Of a stretch of DNA of 64,000 nt, positions 59,654-64,000 are shown piece after piece. The position numbers and the translations under genes are program-made. How positions within the stretch are numbered: the stretch's first letter is position 1; each line of letters starts with the position of its first letter. This stretch comes from Escherichia coli. Lineage in GTDB: Bacteria; Pseudomonadota; Gammaproteobacteria; Enterobacterales; Enterobacteriaceae. Location of the stretch: the NCBI RefSeq assembly GCF_044324875.1, contig NZ_CP172185.1. One strand, given 5' to 3'. The notes beneath the pieces are model-generated. The model did not search any database and was not told where the DNA came from. It saw only the letters and a list, made by a program, of their open reading frames with translations.

Positions 59654-60355
59654 CTAGACAGGCAAATCTATCAGCAAAGCGCGCAGTGGGGAATCGGCAA
59701 CCAGCGTAATGTTAGCCTCGTCACGAATAAACGCCCCATCACCGCAGGTTAGCGCCGCTTTCTCTTCATGATGCGTAAGCGCATGAAATTTCCCGTGAAT
59801 CGATTGCAAATACGCGCGTGGCCCATGCAACTGGAAATTCGCACTTTCGCCTTTGTCGAGCACGATATGGTGCAGCCACACTTGTTGGCGTAATTGCAGG
59901 CTTCCCATCGCACCCTCTGGCGAGGCGATTAATTGCTGCTTGTCCATATTAAGCGCCAGCTTTTGAATCAGCGGATTCTCTCGCTGCGGGCAGGCATCCA
60001 GCCAAAGCTGCATTCGCGTTAACGGTTTGTCTTTGCTGAGATTGTGTTCGCTATAGCTGACACCCGGCTGGGTAGAGAGCAGCAACGCCTCACCGGAGCT
60101 GGCCTGAACATGATTGCCTTCGCTGTCGCGATACTCTGCTTCTCCATCCAGAATCACATTTAAAATATCGACTTTGGGATAGGTTCGCGGCTGAAAGGCG
60201 GCACCTGGGGCCAGCACTTCCTGGTTAAGCACGCGCAGGGAGGCATAGCCTAACAATTTCGGGTCGAAGTAGTGTCCAAAGGAAAAAGTATACCGGGCCT
60301 GCAACCATCCGTAGTCTGCTTGTCCACACTGCCTGGCAGTTCGGGTAGTAATCAT
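59654..60355 (-). CDS. yhaK: Pirin-like bicupin protein YhaK (233 aa)
   Basis: Translation matches YhaK; divergent from the LysR regulator yhaJ. Confidence 0.92.
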   Translation of the reverse strand: MITTRTARQCGQADYGWLQARYTFSFGHYFDPKLLGYASLRVLNQEVLAPGAAFQPRTYPKVDILNVILDGEAEYRDSEGNHVQASSGEALLLSTQPGVSYSEHNLSKDKPLTRMQLWLDACPQRENPLIQKLALNMDKQQLIASPEGAMGSLQLRQQVWLHHIVLDKGESANFQLHGPRAYLQSIHGKFHALTHHEEKAALTCGDGAFIRDEANITLVADSPLRALLIDLPV

Positions 60356-60459
60356 AATTCTTGACCTCTCTTTACTTCCTTTTATGGTAAGGGGCTGGAC
60401 GCTACATTGTTAGCCAGATATTCTGCCCGGTATGTTCAAATTTCCTGAATGAGAACGAA

Positions 60460-61356
60460 ATGGCCAAAGAAAGGGCATTAACGCTGGAAGCACTACGGGT
60501 TATGGATGCGATCGATCGCCGGGGCAGTTTTGCGGCGGCGGCGGATGAGCTGGGACGCGTGCCTTCCGCACTTAGCTACACCATGCAAAAACTGGAAGAA
60601 GAGCTGGATGTGGTGCTGTTTGACCGCTCGGGCCATCGCACCAAATTCACTAATGTCGGGAGGATGTTGCTGGAGCGAGGGCGCGTTTTGCTGGAAGCCG
60701 CAGATAAACTGACTACCGATGCGGAAGCCCTCGCGCGCGGTTGGGAAACGCATCTCACCATTGTGACCGAGGCGCTGGTACCGACACCTGCCTTTTTCCC
60801 GTTAATCGACAAACTGGCGGCAAAAGCCAATACCCAACTGGCAATCATCACCGAAGTGCTGGCAGGGGCGTGGGAACGGCTGGAGCAGGGGCGGGCGGAT
60901 ATTGTTATCGCGCCGGATATGCATTTTCGCTCCTCGTCGGAGATCAACTCGCGCAAGCTCTATACGTTAATGAACGTCTACGTTGCCGCGCCTGATCACC
61001 CGATTCATCAGGAGCCGGAACCGTTATCTGAAGTGACGCGCGTGAAATATCGTGGAATTGCGGTGGCGGATACCGCTCGTGAGCGCCCGGTATTGACCGT
61101 ACAGCTACTGGACAAACAGCCGCGTTTAACGGTGAGCACGATTGAAGATAAACGTCAGGCATTACTGGCGGGGCTTGGCGTGGCGACGATGCCGTATCCG
61201 ATGGTCGAAAAAGATATCGCGGAAGGGCGGTTGCGTGTCGTCAGCCCAGAATCGACCAGCGAGATCGATATTATTATGGCCTGGCGTCGTGACAGTATGG
61301 GGGAAGCGAAATCCTGGTGTCTGCGGGAAATTCCCAAACTTTTTAGCGGAAAATAA
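60460..61356 (+). CDS. yhaJ: LysR-family transcriptional regulator YhaJ (298 aa)
   Basis: N-terminal HTH (GSFAAAADELGRVPSALSYTMQKLE) and LysR effector domain. Confidence 0.9.
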   Translation: MAKERALTLEALRVMDAIDRRGSFAAAADELGRVPSALSYTMQKLEEELDVVLFDRSGHRTKFTNVGRMLLERGRVLLEAADKLTTDAEALARGWETHLTIVTEALVPTPAFFPLIDKLAAKANTQLAIITEVLAGAWERLEQGRADIVIAPDMHFRSSSEINSRKLYTLMNVYVAAPDHPIHQEPEPLSEVTRVKYRGIAVADTARERPVLTVQLLDKQPRLTVSTIEDKRQALLAGLGVATMPYPMVEKDIAEGRLRVVSPESTSEIDIIMAWRRDSMGEAKSWCLREIPKLFSGK

Positions 61357-61373
61357 TATTTGTTATTGTTAAT

Positions 61374-61402
61374 AAAAAGGGGCGAAATATCGCCCCAATT
61401 TT
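61374..61402. terminator. Bidirectional intrinsic terminator between convergent yhaJ and yhaI
   Basis: ggggcg-aaatat-cgcccc hairpin flanked by A-run upstream and T-rich sequence downstream. Confidence 0.6.
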
Positions 61403-61406
61403 AATA

Positions 61407-61763
61407 TTAATTTGAACCAAACTTCGGATCGTTTCCGTAACGATTGCTGCCAGAATTGCCCTCTAAACAGGCAAATACAAACAGAACTAACCAGCCAATG
61501 ATCGGTACCAGATAGAGAAGCGCCCACGCACCTGAACGGTCAGTATCATGCAGACGACGAACGCACAGAGCAATGACCGGAATGATTGTTGCTGCCAGGT
61601 AAATGAGAGAAAGGAATGGAAACTCTAAACCTAAAATCAATTGAATGACATTGATAATAGCGCCGACGATGGCGTTAATCAGAGTAAACATCCAGTACTC
61701 TTTACGACGTGCGCGACCAGAGAAACCAACATAATTTTTTAATACGGCTAAATACCACTGCAT
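61407..61763 (-). CDS. yhaI: DUF805 inner membrane protein YhaI (118 aa)
   Basis: GRARRKEYW...RLHDTDRSG DUF805 signature; paralogous to yhaH. Confidence 0.88.
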   Translation of the reverse strand: MQWYLAVLKNYVGFSGRARRKEYWMFTLINAIVGAIINVIQLILGLEFPFLSLIYLAATIIPVIALCVRRLHDTDRSGAWALLYLVPIIGWLVLFVFACLEGNSGSNRYGNDPKFGSN

Positions 61764-61961
61764 AAAAACATCCCTTTAATTAAAAGTGACGAAAGTCTAT
61801 TCCGGGGATGGAGTAAATGCTATTCGTATCTTTCTTTTTCGGATGTTATAAAGGTTTTGATATTTAAGATAAATATATGGTTATTTTTTATATGTAATTT
61901 ATATAACGACATTGAAATATTTTAAATAAACATTAGTAAATTATTCATTCATCAACATGAT

Positions 61962-61991
61962 GATAAAAGCCGGATGAGTCAGACATCCGGC
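61962..61991 (-). terminator. Putative yhaH intrinsic terminator
   Basis: gccggatg...catccggc hairpin followed by a T-rich run on the minus strand. Confidence 0.5.
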
Positions 61992-62004
61992 GAGGAGATT
62001 TGTT

Positions 62005-62370
62005 TTAAGGTTCCAGTTTTGGATCTGGTCCAAAGCGGTTTTCGCCTGGCGTACCCGCCTGGCAGTTAAAGACGATGATAATAAGCCAGCCGATAAACGG
62101 GATTAAGAACAGCAGTGCCCACCACGCCGAGCGGTCGGTGTCGTGCAGGCGGCGGAACTGAACCGCCCACCACGGTAAAAACACCAGAATACCGTAGATT
62201 GTCGTCAGGATGCCTTCGCCACCGGCACGTTGCCAGCCTAACATTTTATCCAGTAGCCCCAGCACGAACGTAAAGATGATGTTGACCAGAATAAACATCC
62301 AGTACTCTTTGCGCCGCGCACGACCCCGGAAACCGACATAATTTTTTAGTACTTTCAGATACCAGTCCAT
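62005..62370 (-). CDS. yhaH: DUF805 inner membrane protein YhaH (121 aa)
   Basis: MDWYLKVLKNYVGFRGRARRKEYW... DUF805 signature; internal ATG chosen. Confidence 0.85.
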   Translation of the reverse strand: MDWYLKVLKNYVGFRGRARRKEYWMFILVNIIFTFVLGLLDKMLGWQRAGGEGILTTIYGILVFLPWWAVQFRRLHDTDRSAWWALLFLIPFIGWLIIIVFNCQAGTPGENRFGPDPKLEP

Positions 62371-62510
62371 TTTTGCCTCAATTTTGCTCAATCACTTGTT
62401 TTTAAAGCAGCAAATTAAGAATAGACGTGAATGAAATGGCAGTAAATATTCGTTCAAGGAATTAATAAAGTGCCGTGAAGGCGCGCTAAGACTGATGACA
62501 AGCGCAAAAT

Positions 62511-62608
62511 CGCCAGATGCGCTACGCTTATCTGGCCTACGCGGCATTGTAACATATTGAATATAAACGTTTTGTAGGTTGGAGAAAACGTTCACGCCGC
62601 ATCCGACA
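62511..62608. repeat. REP-type palindromic elements
   Basis: gccagatgcgctacgcttatctggcctac and gttcacgccgcatccgaca REP-like units between yhaH and yqjG. Confidence 0.55.
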
Positions 62609-62661
62609 TAAATAACACGCACTTAGCTAATAATCAGAGGCACCTCGTAAGGTGCCTTTTT

Positions 62662-63648
62662 TTAACCGAAGCGAACATCTCGTCCATGCGGTTCATCGAG
62701 ATCCTGCCACGGACCAATTGAAATAATCCCCGTAGGGTTGATGGTCTTATGGCTGCGGAAGTAGTGATTACGGATGTGATCGAAATTGACAGTTTCGGCA
62801 ATCCCCGGCATCTGGTAGATATCGCGCAGGAAACCATACAGATTCAGGTAATCGCTGATGCGGTGCTTATCACACTTGAAGTGGGTGACATACACCGGAT
62901 CAAAACGCACCAGCGTGGTCCACAGGCGAATATCGGCTTCGGTTAGCTGGTTGCCGGTCAGGTAACGATGCTGGCCTAAAATCTGCTCCAGTCGCGCCAG
63001 CGATTCAAACACTTTCACTACCGCCTCGTCGTAGGCTTGCTGGCTGGTGGCAAAACCGGCTTTATACACGCCATTGTTAACGGTGTCATAAATCCAGCCG
63101 TTAAGTTCGTCAATTTTCGTTTGCAGGGCTGATGGGTAGTAATCACCCGCTTTCGCGCCCAGCGCATCAAACGCAGTATTGAACATGCGGATGATTTCTG
63201 CTGATTCGTTGCTGACGATGGTGTGGTTCTTTTTGTCCCACAGCACGGGAACAGTAACTCGTCCGCTGTAGTGTGGATCGGCGTGGAGATAAAGCTGATA
63301 CAGAAATTCATGTTGATAGAGCGTATCTCCGGTTGCTCCCGGAAAACTGTCATCAAAGGTCCAGCCGTTTTCCAGCATCAGCGGGTTCACTACGGAAACG
63401 GAAATAAACGGTTCCAGTCCTTTGAGTTTACGCATGATCAGCGTGCGGTGCGCCCACGGGCAGGCGAGTGAAACATAGAGATGATAACGATCTTTCTCTG
63501 CGATAAAACCGCCTGTGCCAGTGGGGCCTGGCGCGCCATCGGCAGTGAGCCAGTTATGAAATGCGGAAGCTGAACGTTGAAATTTACCGCCGGTAGATTT
63601 GGTATCGTACCAGGTGTCATGCCAGACGCCGTCAATCAGTTGACCCAT
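62662..63648 (-). CDS. yqjG: Glutathionyl-hydroquinone reductase YqjG (Xi-class GST, 328 aa)
   Basis: CPWAHR active-site motif; internal ATG (MGQLIDGVWHD...) chosen. Confidence 0.9.
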   Translation of the reverse strand: MGQLIDGVWHDTWYDTKSTGGKFQRSASAFHNWLTADGAPGPTGTGGFIAEKDRYHLYVSLACPWAHRTLIMRKLKGLEPFISVSVVNPLMLENGWTFDDSFPGATGDTLYQHEFLYQLYLHADPHYSGRVTVPVLWDKKNHTIVSNESAEIIRMFNTAFDALGAKAGDYYPSALQTKIDELNGWIYDTVNNGVYKAGFATSQQAYDEAVVKVFESLARLEQILGQHRYLTGNQLTEADIRLWTTLVRFDPVYVTHFKCDKHRISDYLNLYGFLRDIYQMPGIAETVNFDHIRNHYFRSHKTINPTGIISIGPWQDLDEPHGRDVRFG

Positions 63649-63717
63649 ATTTCTCTCCTCCAATAGCAAAAACGAGGAGTTTCCTCCTCGTTTTTTATCG
63701 TTAAGTATAGCGCGTGC

Positions 63718-64000
63718 TTACCACTTTTTATTCAGCAGGCGGTCGATGCTATACGCGCCCGGACCGGTAATTGCCAGCAGCAGGAATCCGCCAGAAATTG
63801 TCAGGTTTTTCATGAACATCAGCGAGTTGACGCCTTCAGCAAAGTTGCTGTGAAATAAAAATGCCGTCAGCAGCGTAAAGCCCGCAGTAAACAGGGCTGT
63901 GGTGCGAGTCAGGAAACCGAACAGGATTGCCAGACCACCACCAAACTCAAGCAGAATCACCAGCGGCAGCATAAAGCCTGGGACACCCATCGCTTCCATA
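63718..64000 (-). CDS. yqjF: DoxX-family inner membrane protein YqjF, C-terminal part (5-prime end outside window)
   Basis: Hydrophobic DoxX-like C-terminal segment; ORF runs off the window edge. Confidence 0.8.
   Translation of the reverse strand, partial: MEAMGVPGFMLPLVILLEFGGGLAILFGFLTRTTALFTAGFTLLTAFLFHSNFAEGVNSLMFMKNLTISGGFLLLAITGPGAYSIDRLLNKKW

Noticed and set aside
62636-62665. Hairpin aggcacc-tcgtaa-ggtgcct plus T-tract as a terminator
   Set aside because: The T-tract is on the + strand, but the adjacent genes (yhaH, yqjG) are on the - strand and no + strand gene ends nearby; its function is unclear and it partly overlaps the yqjG stop.

Overview
This window reads as a contiguous stretch of Escherichia coli chromosome, colinear (reverse orientation) with the K-12 nusA-to-yqjF region. 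All gene calls rest on my recognition of the translated ORFs; no database search was run, and coordinates of non-CDS features were counted by hand and may be off by a few bases. Gene order is nusA(partial)-infB-rbfA-truB-rpsO-pnp-nlpI-deaD-mtr, then yhbW-ubiVUT-yhbSQPO-yraRQ-dolP-diaA-yraN-lpoA-rsmI, a complete aga/kba N-acetylgalactosamine/galactosamine cluster, prlF-yhaV, the gar operons, rnpB, yhaC-yhaB, tdcR/tdcABCDEFG, cyuP-cyuA, yhaLKJIH, yqjG and partial yqjF. The window is almost entirely core genome. The best candidate for something undescribed is a ~1.45 kb two-gene insert between mtr and yhbW (12356-13800): a secreted YafK/DpaA-like L,D-transpeptidase-fold protein divergent from an acidic 176-aa protein I cannot place. 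Other differences from K-12 as I remember it are the absence of the yraHIJK fimbrial operon between rsmI and agaI and an undeleted agaW-agaE-agaF-agaA segment. No CRISPR array, integrase, transposase or prophage signature was seen.
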